Below, one piece after another: positions 24,011-35,644 of a stretch of 64,000 nt of DNA; within the stretch, counting starts at the first letter, position 1; each line of letters begins with the position of its first letter. Made by a program: the position numbers and the translations under genes. The notes under the pieces are model-generated. The model worked only from the letters and a program-made list of their open reading frames with translations. It was not told where the DNA came from and made no database searches. Origin of the DNA: Fistulifera solaris (lineage: Eukaryota); NCBI GenBank assembly GCA_030295235.1, contig AP026130.1, forward strand, positions 806,001-870,000, read 5' to 3'.

Positions 24011-27000
24011 TCATTGAGTAGAAAGGTCGCCATTAGCCTTCACTCGGGCTGCAAGCTCGTCTACGACTGTGCTCCTTCGAAGGCGTTGACGTTCCGGTAG
24101 CTGGCACCCTTCGTTGCGCTCGTTTGAAGCATCATCCAAATTGCCAATAAGGGATTGCGATAAAACGAACTCCCCACTACTCCGTCGATGTCGTAATAGC
24201 ATCGATCACAGACGCGGACAGGAACCGTAAGTCCAATCGACGGAAGCGGCACTCGATTCTGAGCACATTGATCACAAACTAAAGTCCCGCAACTACGACA
24301 GTTGTGTTTATCTCGTGCTTCCTGGGCTTCATTGTTGAAAGTACTCGCCCATGTAAATCGACTAGCGCAACATGAACTAAAAACAGGTTGAGTGACCTCT
24401 CTCCTCTTTTACAAACCAAAATAGATTAGGAAACGTACCATGTGTCATCCTCGTCATACGCTGTCCAACGAGGAGGAGCTTCCTGTGCTCGACGAACAGT
24501 GCGAACCTCCATCAGCGCTTCATAATAGTTTTTGCATTTATGGTCCGAGAGCATGTTCCCCGCTAGACTAACTCTGCGCAATTCTCGGAAATCTCGTGGT
24601 ACATAGACTGCTTTATAAACCCCTCTATGCGCATAAATGTGGGCAATTTTCCCAGGGACGAACATCCGAGGCAACGGACTTTCCTCTAATATGACCGGCT
24701 CTTGATCGTCTTTTTCATTCTGGCATGAATCGTTACATGCCGAAGTGCTCTTGGCGGACGTGCTTTCGCCAGCTATATCCTGATCGAGCGCGTCATTGAA
24801 TTCCTCATCGTCACTTTCTTCTAGAAGCTTTTCGTCTGGGTCATAGTATTCATCGTCATCGATAACAAGACTACGAGGAGCCGATCGAGAATCCAAGCCA
24901 CCCATGTAATCCACCGCTAAGGCAACGGGTACATCATTCGCGTCGGTTTTCCAATCCGGGGATGTTCTCGTGTTTACATCCCACCCTTGACTTTCCCATG
25001 TGGTGATGTCTTCATTCGTGTTTCCTTCAAATATTTGATCCTCTTTGACTAATATGTCTTTAACAGATAGCAGCCTCTGCTTGCTAGCTATGATCTGACT
25101 TTTGCAGTATCTTTTCAGTTGCTTTGAAGAAGCAGAAAGCGTAAATCCTTCACGCCATCTGGAAAGAGAGTTGCCTTTGGTAAGGGCGCGATTCAATCAA
25201 GATCAGAAACAAAATAAAAGCAAAGTCACTTACCTAGGCGCCCATACTGACTTAGCTCGATCTGTAATCGCCAGAATATCATCAGGCAAATGTTCTTTAA
25301 CCCAGGTTTCCCTGATATGTAAAAGAAACTTTAACAGTTCTCTACAGCTCACTAGGGTTAGTCGCGGAACCGCGTCGTCGTGCAGAACTGCTGTTGTTAC
25401 GAACGAGCCTACAAAGTCCGACAGTTTGACGTCAATACAAGGCGGCGTTCCATACGCATATACCCTCAGTATGCTCTGTTCGGCTGAACTTTTATTGATT
25501 TCAACGGAGGAAGAAGAAGAAAAGTGTTCCGGTAACTCCTTCTTAAGATTTCTCAACACAAGAATACCCAACAGAGTCGCTACTGCTCCGCCGAGTGAAT
25601 GTCCCGTGAGTCGAATACGAAAACCTCTTTTTGCGAAATCAACCAGCGCGTCAATGTGCTCCCGGTGCAGATTGATCGCAGCGTTCGCCATACCACAAAC
25701 GGCCAACCCTTGACCCTCATGCACTTCTGTCCAGTCGTCGTTATTCTGCTGTGCTGCTGATTCCGTTGCCGATCCAACATAAAGATCTGGAAAAGGAAGA
25801 GGAGCTTGACGAATATCAGTGACAACATCCTGTATTGAAGATGTTCCGCGTATGGATAAACAAGCAATTTTGTGTTGATCGTGGACGAAAAGAGCCGAGG
25901 CAGGCAAATCATACCCCAACTCCGAGTCTTGCAAATGCAAATGAGCGTAGACCAGACGCCAACCTTGTTGCGCTGCGAGAAGCTGCATGTCCACCTCTTT
26001 TCCGCATAGATGAAATTAAGTGCTATAGGAGCATAAAAAATAAGAGACTTGAAACCAACAAACATTCCGTGTGAGTCAATTTTTTTTACTGCTAACAGCG
26101 GACCGACATACCTCTAGTGTTGCATCTGGTAGCCTGTCGCATACCGCTCTAGGTTCCTCCGACTCGCCATCACTTGCGTCTCCGCAAATCCCATCTTTCT
26201 GTCTAACATTTCCGTGTCCTGTTTGAGTGATCGCGGGCTTTTCAATCTGACTCTGTTCTCCTTCTCCGTTATCTTCTTCTGCACGAATAGCATGAATTTT
26301 ATGCTCATGATCTGGGTTGAGCCCTCTCATCGCTCGATGCTGTGCCAGCGCGTAGAAAATAGCTGCACTGAGCTCATGCACGCTTAACGGCCAGGAATTC
26401 CGATTGATGTTGAGCGTCTTTTGCAAAAGATCAGCCGCCGCCAGGAACTCTTTGCGCAACATGATTGTATATATCCCATTCAATCCATACTTCCGCAAGA
26501 CATCAGCAGTCTCTACGGCAACAGCGGCTTGAGCCCCCAGCGGTATCTTCTTTGCCATTGTAATTGCCGCTTCCGCTATCCGAACTGCCACTTCTTCCAA
26601 GCTGTCAACCCCCGTATCAAAGTAGGGTCTTAAATTCCCTTCTTTATGATCACGACACCGCGCAAGTCTCCATGCCACCCTTTCTGCCAAATTGTGCTCC
26701 AATAACTGTATTTTGCAATCATCACAAACTCGTTCCGGTACATCCGGATGGTATCCCAAATGAGGCAGCCGATGACTGCACGAGCTATGCGCGTGACAGA
26801 AGCTCTTGCCGCACAGCCGACAGTGGTGGCGTAACCGCGTGGGTCCAAACGTTTTGTTACATGAAAAACAGCTCTCGGCTTTTTTGCCACGGCGGCCTTC
26901 GCATAGGGGTTGGCACCAATGTACGAGCGCGATGAAAATCAGCATCTTCTTTCGTGAAATCATCCTCCATGGGTGAATCGAGTAATGCGTCCACTGTCTC

Positions 27001-27582
27001 CTCTTCCGGCAAATACGTCCTCCATTCTTTTACCAGCTGTCGTTCGATCCATACCAAACTGCTAAAAGGGGGAAGTTCCGGAGCTTCCACATTAGGTCGA
27101 AAATATCCCGTGGCATTATTGCCCAATTCACTGTATTGCCGTTTCCACCGCCCTTTACAATACGCGAACCGGGCGGTGCGATGAATGCGACTCATCGTCG
27201 AAGTCAAGAGCTCTCGCGCGGCCATGGGGATGACTTCTTTCGAAATTTCTTTCCATGACGGAGCCGGAGCACTGATTGTGCCGCTGAAATTGGTATTTAC
27301 ATTACGCACTGAGTCGAGCCTAGCGTCGACATGACAATCGTTCTCGGTTCGGTTCGATGATGCGGATGGATAAATCTCACGATGTAATGTTACTTCATCA
27401 GTTCGTTCTGTGTCATCTTTTTCGAGATCATAATTGTCACATTCTTCGAACCAGGATTGGGGCACAGGAAGAAGATCATCATCGTTTTCCTCGATCGATT
27501 CGACGCTCTCGGTATCGCTGGCAATCGTGTCCTGATTTAAATAAGACGGCCGAGTCTCTCGCGCTGCAATGACCGATGTCAT
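24011..27582 (-). CDS. FYVE - class 3 lipase - FYVE protein
   Basis: RHHCRLCG...RVCDDC; SIRGT, GHSLGG, YAYGTPP, DDAVPRL; KHNCRSCG...RVCDRC; introns 26048-26111, 25159-25233, 24377-24438; frameshifts ~26882, ~26000, ~24173. Confidence 0.82.
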
Positions 27583-28089
27583 TATTTGCTTTGTCTTTGA
27601 AAAACAACTAGTCTTCGAAATCGAATAGAAATAACCAGCAGGAGAAGGACTACTTCGATAACAAAGTGATTTTCTTTACGGATCATGGCCGTCACTTCAA
27701 GAAAAAAGGAACCAGAATAACACGAGAAACGCGCGACGTATCTGTTCCCAAATATTTTAGAGTTAGAGTTTCATGACTCTTCCCAGTCACATGTCATCCA
27801 TCATAGGATAACAGCTTGTGATAAGAGAAGAGAGTGAGCAAACATCGATGAGGACATAACAGTCCAGTTGTCATTCATCTAGCTAAGATCATCGAGTTGT
27901 TTTTAGTCCGTGGAACTGTGTCGCTGATGGAAAACATTAAATATTGGTACACTCATGACTAATAACTGGAAACATCCAGTCAGAAAATAACTGGGTTGAA
28001 GTAAACAATACTTCATACTTTTTCTGTGACAAAGTACTTGGCACTCACGAGTTCGTTGTATGATGAAAAAGATCCATCATTTGATGATC

Positions 28090-30070
28090 TCACTCATAAA
28101 GATATCCGGAACCAAAATTTCTTATTCTTTTGTGCTGCTTCGGCAGAACCAGAAGTAGCTTCAGTTTGATTCGGACGGCTCTTCTTTTCGGTGATTCATC
28201 CGCAGAGGTCTCTGCTTTCGCTCTGGATTTCTTGGCAGCGACTTTCTTCGGAGAAGTTTCTGCGCTCTTCTTGGGGGGATTCACCAGGGATTACGGATGT
28301 GGTCTTGGATTGCTTCGCTCCATTCACTGACTCGGAAGAAGCAGCTGCTTCTGTTATCTTCTCCGCTGCTTTCTTCGGAGTAACCTCCTTGCTTTTCTTG
28401 GGACGACTCTTATTAGGTGATTCACTGGTAGGTGCCTCTGAGATTGCCTTAGATTTGTCCGCTGACTTTGTCGTCGTTGAAGCAGATTTCCTTGCTGTCG
28501 TTTTCGGAGCAGCCTTCTCTGATGCTTTAGCCTTAGATTGTTTCGCTCCGTCCGCTGACTCCGCGGAAGCAGACTCTGCGTTCTTCTTCACCACTTTCTT
28601 CTTGGGCGATTCACCAGCAGGAGTCTCTACTTTCGAATTTTCCGCTGACTCGGACGAGGCGGACGTAGCTGCTGTTTTCTTCGCCACTGTTTTCTTCGGA
28701 GCAGCCTCCTTGTTCTTCCCCGGAATAACATTTATGGGCGCTTTTTCAGCAGGTGTCTCTGCTGCTGCCTTTGTCTGCTCCACTTCCGCGGAAGCAGATT
28801 CTGATTTCTTTGCCACGGCTTTCTTCGGAGCAGCCTCTTTGTTCTTCTCCTCGTCGACCTTTTTCGCAGTAACAGCTTTAGTAGTGGTCTTTACCTTTTT
28901 GGACGGTGGGTTAGCTTCGCCCTCTGTTTGTGTACTCGTTTTCGTAGAGTTCTTCGAGCCTACTGGCCGTCCCCGTTTCTTCGGCTCGCCGGCTGCTTTC
29001 ACTTTATCCGCAGGCTTAGCGGGTTCGTCTAAAACATTCTCCTTGCTTACATCACTCATGGCAGCAGCCGAGGGAGCAGGTTTGGCGGTCGTCGGTACCT
29101 TGGTTGGCGAAGGGGCCAGTGTCTTTTCTGCGGTTAGAATGGGAGCTGGTTTTGGGGTTGTTGAGGTCTTTGTCGACGAAGAAGTGGGGGTCTTCTTAGT
29201 TAGCGAAGATACTGATGATTTTTTCGCCATTTCTGAAGCAGCTGTAGCTTTCGCTGTAGATGTCTTCGTTTGTGTCGTGGACGGCTTTTCGACTGCAACA
29301 AGTTGTGTCGAAGGAGGCGTTGAATCAAACGACTTAGACACAATCATCTTGGACAAGTCAAGGTCTTGCGTGTGATCAAATCGAGTAGCTTCATCGACTC
29401 TTTCGGCATGCGTCCAAATGCGAATGACCTTCACTCGGTCACTGATCCCCTCAATCGCTCCATAGGGCGCTACACTATCCGAAAGAACAGCCACCAAATC
29501 GGCGGCAGCCGGAGGGTCCCCGAAAGGTAGATGCCACAGCATTGACATGATCCCAGACTCCATCACTGTAGCCGGCTATCGGTAGGTTTTCTTTGCCGAG
29601 ACGATTTTCCTCACTTTTGGTTGCGATCGCTGTAGAAACACTGATCCGGGGCACTTTGGAAATATCGCTGGGAACTTTGGCCCCTTCGAGCAAGACTAGC
29701 AAGTCGTAACCGCCACCGAAGCAGAGAAAGACACTGCTCTTTGTTCTCTTTCGCATAGACGCATGCCGGCGTGCTAGTTTCAAAATCCAGTCCGGTGCGC
29801 AATCCGTCAACAACGATCTCCCAAATTCCGCCACCGACTTGAAATCCATGTCGGACGGTTTTTTGACAATAGTGATGACGGAGAGATCTGTGTTGCATTC
29901 GGGATAGGTTTTCGAGTTTACGAGCTTCACTTCTATTCGAATAGAAGGAAAAGGATTGGGCATGAATGGAGGATGCGGGAAATGATATCCTGGATTGGGT
30001 GGCATGAAGCCTGGCAATGGTGGTTGCCCATAATTCGTCGGCAATGAAGGGGAGAGACCTTGGCGATCCA
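28090..30070 (-). CDS. Unknown protein with a long K/A/S/T-rich histone-H1-like tail
   Basis: Repeated KNKEAAPKK.VAKK, GESPKK, TPKK; KKRGRP AT-hook-like motif; N-terminal globular segment; frameshifts ~29570 and ~28275; ends uncertain. Confidence 0.6.
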
Positions 30071-30464
30071 TATTGTAAATAGACGCAGCAACTGTTTTAT
30101 TTGGTCGGTAACAGAATTGCCTATTTGCTTCTTCACGCAATTTTGTGTCAACGAGGGAACGCAAAGCGAAGCGTGTCAAGAAATAATAGCCAAAATGAGG
30201 TTGCGTTTTGCTTGCTGCTTGCTTCTTGCGGCCTCATCGTTTTTTGTCCCCTAAATAAACACCCCCAAGAATCATCTATCATCTCTTACAACGCACTTTC
30301 ACTTAAAGAACTACTTCCTAAGTAAAACCTCATACTATAATAATAAGTAGGACACACTTGTTAAGTGCACGAAGGAAAAAATCTCGTCGTCTGTTTTCAC
30401 CTCACTCAAGGCTAAAAATAATCATCTTCTCGTTTCCCGCGCATCCACGCAACCGAAAAAGCTT

Positions 30465-30508
30465 GATGATGAGTGTTGAGTGATGAGTGATGAGTGATGA
30501 GTGATGAG
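30465..30508. repeat. 7-bp microsatellite (TGATGAG)n
   Basis: gatgatgagtgttgagtgatgagtgatgagtgatgagtgatgag. Confidence 0.9.
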
Positions 30509-30594
30509 GCATTTTTTCTGTCAAAAAATAGCGCGGATCAAAGCACAACCAATCAAACCAACTAGAACCAGCGCAACCATATTTAGAGAGCTAA

Positions 30595-31677
30595 ATGATT
30601 GAGAAACTTTTATATATACTCCTTTTGTCTGTTTTACAAATCCAGCAAGGAAACGCGTTCATATCGATTGATGTCCACAATTGGTCCCCATCGATCCAAC
30701 AACACGACATCAATAAAGAACACGGGCGAAGATGCCGACATCATCTATCGAAACAAAGCTTAAAAAGTGAACAAGCCAGTGATTCCATAGATTCCAGAGA
30801 ACATTTACTCTCTCTGGATCCAGATTCGAAAGAAGCCCAGCAAATTGTCCTCGACGATTTACAACAAAGTGAGGAAACACTATCCAAATTGCGGAAGCTG
30901 AGTTACTTGGTCACAGAATGGAACAATCGAATCAATCTTGTGAGTCGACAGGATTGTTCCACGTCGACTGTATTTGGTCGCCATGTGCTTCCTTCGGCTG
31001 CTGTCACTCAATTGAAGGGCGACGATGGGGAACCTTTCTTACGTCGAGCCAAAAGAGTGGTGGATGTGGGGACAGGTGGAGGATTTCCAGGACTACCATT
31101 GGCAATATTGTATCCAGAAACCAGTTTTCTGTTATTGGACAGTGTGGGCAAAAAACTGACAGCGTGTGCGGATATGGCCGAACGTCTGGGTTTACGAAAC
31201 GTTAAGACACACCACGGGAGGTCGGAGGAGCTGATCGACAGCAAGTTTGATATCGTGACAGGACGTAGCGTAACGTCGGTTCCACAATTCTGCGCGTGGG
31301 TACAGCATCTGCTGACGGATGATGGTCACCTACTGTATTGGATTGGAGGTGGAGATATTCCCCCGAACGCGTTAGAGGTAGTCCAGCAAGATGTTCCTCT
31401 TTCGGAGCTGGTGCCAGTGCTGCAGTCGTCCGACAAGCGGATTCTAGTTTTTCCAGCCACGGCGGTTCGGAAAATTGCCAAAGAAAGTGGGTTACTACCC
31501 ACGCGAAAGGTGACAAAGAACTCAACATCCAACAAAACGAAAAACAAGCCGCAGCGGACACCAAAGACGAAAGGCGAGTGGCGTAAGAAATCGAGCGACG
31601 AACCGAAGCAGCGAAGTTATGAATCTTTCAAGCGATATTCATCATCCCCGCGAAATAGTTCAAGTAATGGTGATTAA
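30595..31677 (+). CDS. rsmG: 16S rRNA m7G methyltransferase RsmG/GidB, probably plastid-targeted
   Basis: EWNNRINLVS, VDVGTGGGFPGLPLAI, LLDSVGKK, FDIVTGRSV; signal peptide ending GNA|F. Confidence 0.88.
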   Translation: MIEKLLYILLLSVLQIQQGNAFISIDVHNWSPSIQQHDINKEHGRRCRHHLSKQSLKSEQASDSIDSREHLLSLDPDSKEAQQIVLDDLQQSEETLSKLRKLSYLVTEWNNRINLVSRQDCSTSTVFGRHVLPSAAVTQLKGDDGEPFLRRAKRVVDVGTGGGFPGLPLAILYPETSFLLLDSVGKKLTACADMAERLGLRNVKTHHGRSEELIDSKFDIVTGRSVTSVPQFCAWVQHLLTDDGHLLYWIGGGDIPPNALEVVQQDVPLSELVPVLQSSDKRILVFPATAVRKIAKESGLLPTRKVTKNSTSNKTKNKPQRTPKTKGEWRKKSSDEPKQRSYESFKRYSSSPRNSSSNGD

Positions 31678-31982
31678 TAAAACATAAATGTATATGAAAA
31701 CGTGTACTGTTATTAGTTTTAATTAACGTAATGAAGCTGAAATCGCATGAAAGGTGCCTGTTTTGAGAAAGCACCAATTGGTCATCTGCTGTTGAGTCGA
31801 CCCAAAATAACGCAATAGTTCGTTGTTAGCCTAAATGGTTTCGAATCAATAACGCCTGCGTGTAAATCCAAGCTCGTGAAAGCGATATAATCGGTGAAGT
31901 TAAAGCACGTGATGCTTTCGATCATGAAATCATTGAAACCAAACACCATCACAACTGGTCAGCCCTATCGATCCAATTTCCA

Positions 31983-32812
31983 TTACACAAATTCCAAAGA
32001 AGGGTCCTTGTAGCCGTAGTCGGATGTGGCCAAAGGTACATGACCACGATCATTGAAGTGAAAGCATAAGTCCAGAGGAAAAGAAGGACACGTACAAAAT
32101 GTCCCACCATGGAAACGGTCCATCGACATAGAGAGGAATAAGCGCCATCGGGGTTGTCCGCTACTTGCCACGCGGTGAATATACTGAAACACACCGCCAG
32201 CACGACACAGAAAAGGAGCCCACGCGATCCCTGAAACATTTTTATCGGTGATGTCCCCTCTCGTATGATAGTGTTGATATCCTCAACCTCGAGTTCTGTG
32301 AATGTATTTTCCTTGTTGGAAGACTCTGGATACAAAGGATTGCTAGGTTCATTGGATCCGTGGTCATTCGATACTCCTGATGGGTTATTGATACCCTTCT
32401 CTCCCTGACTTGTACTATGAGTATCTTGATTTTTGGACTCGGCAGTTTCATCTTTAGTAGTGGGGTTCATTTTAGCCTCCGATGCAGCAATATCCGAATT
32501 ATTTCCCTTTGATTCGAGTGTCGATGTCTCATCCATTTTCAGATTATTGTTGTTTGACAAATGGTTCTCCACCAAAATACGCCTATCAGATCCTGAAACC
32601 GTGTGTAAATGAGAGTCGTGTGTTGAAATAGGACTTGTAGCTTCTGCCTTGGCGCGCAAAAGATGAGGAAGAGATTCACCCAAACGATGCGCGTCTACAT
32701 ACGCTGCGAAACGAATGGCAAGGAGCGACAGTAGAAGCGTCTTTGAAATGGCTTGGTAATAAACGCGACAATGGAGCTTGATGTTGTTCTGTAACATCCT
32801 TTTTACTGTCAT
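31983..32812 (-). CDS. Membrane protein of unknown function, NPDG-LCRW family paralog 1
   Basis: N-terminal hydrophobic segment, low-complexity N/S/E domain, TM then QVADNPDGAYSSLCRW; correcting a frameshift at ~32080 gives C-terminus ...DYGYKDPSLEFV*. Confidence 0.65.
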
Positions 32813-33275
32813 GGTTGATTTGATGTAAAGGAAATGCCGACCTTGAATGGTTTGTTGTTGCGTATCTTGCGGAAAAAATGTGTCAAAGTTTCTTTTTTGA
32901 TTTTTGGGCCGCCGGATGTGAACGCCTGCAAGCCAAGCCCCGTCTATTTCTCCGGCTGGCCTGCGCGATTTTTCGTTTCCTACTTAATGTATACTCATTT
33001 ACTATAAACTTGAATGTAGTGTCTCCAACGCCTTGAAGTTGAATCACGCAGAGACACTTCCGTATTTCTCCGAACGCGAACCACACATTGGGACACGGTG
33101 ACGCGGGAATGTAACTCCGAGCGAACGAGAATGCCTCAAAATAGTAGACCGGACGCCGAAAAAATACATAGGTTGACGTTAAGAACCCCTCGAGCTCCAA
33201 CCAAAAAGGCAAGAGAACTCTCGTCCTTTTCATTACAAAACAACACAACGGTCATAATACTACAAAGCAGGCACC

Positions 33276-34343
33276 ATGGTGCGATATTCTCTCGCCTTCT
33301 CTCTGATCGCATCATGCTTTACAACTGCCTTGCAATGTTCCGCTGTGAAGGCCATTTCGTCGTCAACTTCCATGTCAGCCTTGCCGGAAGTCGGCGAACT
33401 GTTTGAAGAAACGGGCTTTTATCAGTCCATCCGATTGTTTGACGAGCCGCCGCTCTTCACCAAACAAAGTGCCTTTCAACGTATTGAAGTCGTGCGTAGT
33501 CCGTATTACGGCAAAGTGTTAGTATTAGATGGAGTACTGCAATTAACAGAGAAGGATGCAAATGCTTACAATGAAATGATGGCCCACTTGCCCATGTTTC
33601 AACATCGATCACCGCAGCGTGTTTTGGTCATTGGTGGAGGTGACGGTTACGTATTATCGGAAGTGCTCAAGCACGAGTCTGTTCTTTCGGTAGATCACGT
33701 TGACTTGGATGTCGAAGTCATTGAAACATGCCGGAAGTTCTTTTCGTGGGGCGATGCTTGGAAGGACCCTCGCGTGACCTTGCACATTGCCGATGGAGCG
33801 GAGTTTGTCAGAAATGCCCCCACTGGATACTATGATGTGATTGTACAAGATTCATCCGATCCATGGGGATGGGATGAAAGCGGTAATATGGTGGAGTTAC
33901 CCTCGAAGGTTCTTTATGCGAGAGAACATTTTGAGAATTTGCATCGAATACTGGGCCAAGATGGCATTTTGAACATCCAAGCAGAGACGTTGCAAATTCC
34001 CTCTGATTTCGCTGGTGCCACGGAATGGAGGCAAACACTGTTGGATGTTGGATTCAGTTCCTCTCGGTATGGATCCATTCTCATCAGTTCCTATCCCACA
34101 GGCCAGATTGGATTCCTCATGTCCGAAAAGAAACCGGACTTATCCACATCACCAAGAGATATTCAACAACGGTTTGCTGCACTGAAAATGGTTGGAAAGT
34201 CCACATCCTACTATCATCCTAGATTGCAAGTCGGTGCATTTGATCTGCCCTACTGGGCCGAGCAACAAATGTACGGTGACGAAACGATCAAGTCCGTGTG
34301 TGACAATCCGAGTCACCCACACGATGAAATTGCCGACCAGTAA
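33276..34343 (+). CDS. Spermidine-synthase-family polyamine aminopropyltransferase with N-terminal signal peptide
   Basis: LVLDGVLQLTEKD, YNEMMAHLP, VLVIGGGDG, DVIVQDSSDP, YPTGQIGF, AFDLP. Confidence 0.9.
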   Translation: MVRYSLAFSLIASCFTTALQCSAVKAISSSTSMSALPEVGELFEETGFYQSIRLFDEPPLFTKQSAFQRIEVVRSPYYGKVLVLDGVLQLTEKDANAYNEMMAHLPMFQHRSPQRVLVIGGGDGYVLSEVLKHESVLSVDHVDLDVEVIETCRKFFSWGDAWKDPRVTLHIADGAEFVRNAPTGYYDVIVQDSSDPWGWDESGNMVELPSKVLYAREHFENLHRILGQDGILNIQAETLQIPSDFAGATEWRQTLLDVGFSSSRYGSILISSYPTGQIGFLMSEKKPDLSTSPRDIQQRFAALKMVGKSTSYYHPRLQVGAFDLPYWAEQQMYGDETIKSVCDNPSHPHDEIADQ

Positions 34344-34482
34344 TGACTCATAATGAAGAAATCTTTTCTTACACTTTTTACACAAACTGAGTGCACTTTT
34401 GCTATAGAATATTATTCTGATAACGCTACATCGCAGCAAGGATGTCACATGTGAGTAAGCTTGACGAATAAACATTCAATTT

Positions 34483-35299
34483 TTATAATTCAATACCAAA
34501 CAGCTTGAAGACTTGATTGGCAATCAGGAAGTACGACATAAGGCCACTGACATCCACAAAACTGGTCATCGCGGGAGCAGCAATTACCGAGGGGTCCAAG
34601 CCCAAAGCGACACAAGCAAACGGAATAATGGATCCCAATGTCGCCGCAATCGCCGACACGAGAGGAATGGTCAATGCTATTACTGTAGATACATGTTTCG
34701 ATATTCCCATACCAAAATGTGCCACAGGACCCACCCACATGCCGAGAATCGTCCCCGCCATGAGACCCGACAGGGCTTCTTTCGTAATGACGACGGGTGC
34801 ATTCCTTACGGAAATAGATCCAGCCGACAATGCCGAAAGGACGGTCCCGACGGTTTGTCCTCCGGTGTTTCCTCCATGACCCGCCAGGAGAGGAACAAAA
34901 TACGCCAGTTCGATTTGACGCTCCAACGTATGCTCAAAGCCATTCATTATCACGGCCGTGAAGGATAACGAGACGAGGAAAATACTCAACCACCCGACAC
35001 GCTTGAAAGCAATGGCGTAAAATGGTTTTTTTCAAATAGGTAGCGATATCTTCCATCGATTCGTCTCCTCCTCCTCCGTGTGCTCCGTGGGATGGAGTCG
35101 ATGTTCGTTTGTTTCCCTTGAGTTGGCTTTTGAGAATGTTGATTTCCTGTTTTTGTCGATTTATGGTTTCTTTGAGTTCCCGAAGAACGGATGCATCATT
35201 CTTTGTCATGATTATTGACTCGATATTCTTGAGAGCCAAAGATGGATGGTGGGAAACGAGAAACGCCAAAGCGGAAAGGATCTTGACGAATCGCAGCAT
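34483..35299 (-). CDS. MgtE-family divalent cation transporter (single membrane domain) with signal peptide and coiled coil
   Basis: R.GWL, VPLLAGHGGNTGGQ, DPSVIAAPAMTSFVDVSG; frameshift in T run ~35026-35032. Confidence 0.82.
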
Positions 35300-35644
35300 G
35301 CGACGAAAAATGTGCTATACGGATACGGAAACGTGGCAACCGTTTGACTTGACGACGCAGGTGAACTTTCAGATAGCTGTTGCGAAGTGCTTATAGAGAT
35401 AAAGAATCGACTCAAACGAAGAGGATGCCGATCGGAGTTATTTTGTTTTTGTTGTTGCTGTTCAACTTTCGTCGTTTTTCAACTTTTCGATCCGGCGTCA
35501 CGTACGTCACCAAACGTGAATCACCGATCACGATTCAGTGCAATCGGTTTACGAACTAAAGTGACAGCGTAGCAGAATACTTTAGAAAAACAAATCATTT
35601 GTTTACTAAACAAAGAATAAACAAATGATTCATTCATTCATTTA

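Noticed and set aside
30465..30508. C/D snoRNA cluster suggested by repeated TGATGA
   Set aside because: Simple 7-bp microsatellite without properly placed D boxes or terminal stems
31740..31930. tRNA suggested by ggtttcgaatc
   Set aside because: No cloverleaf or A-box could be built
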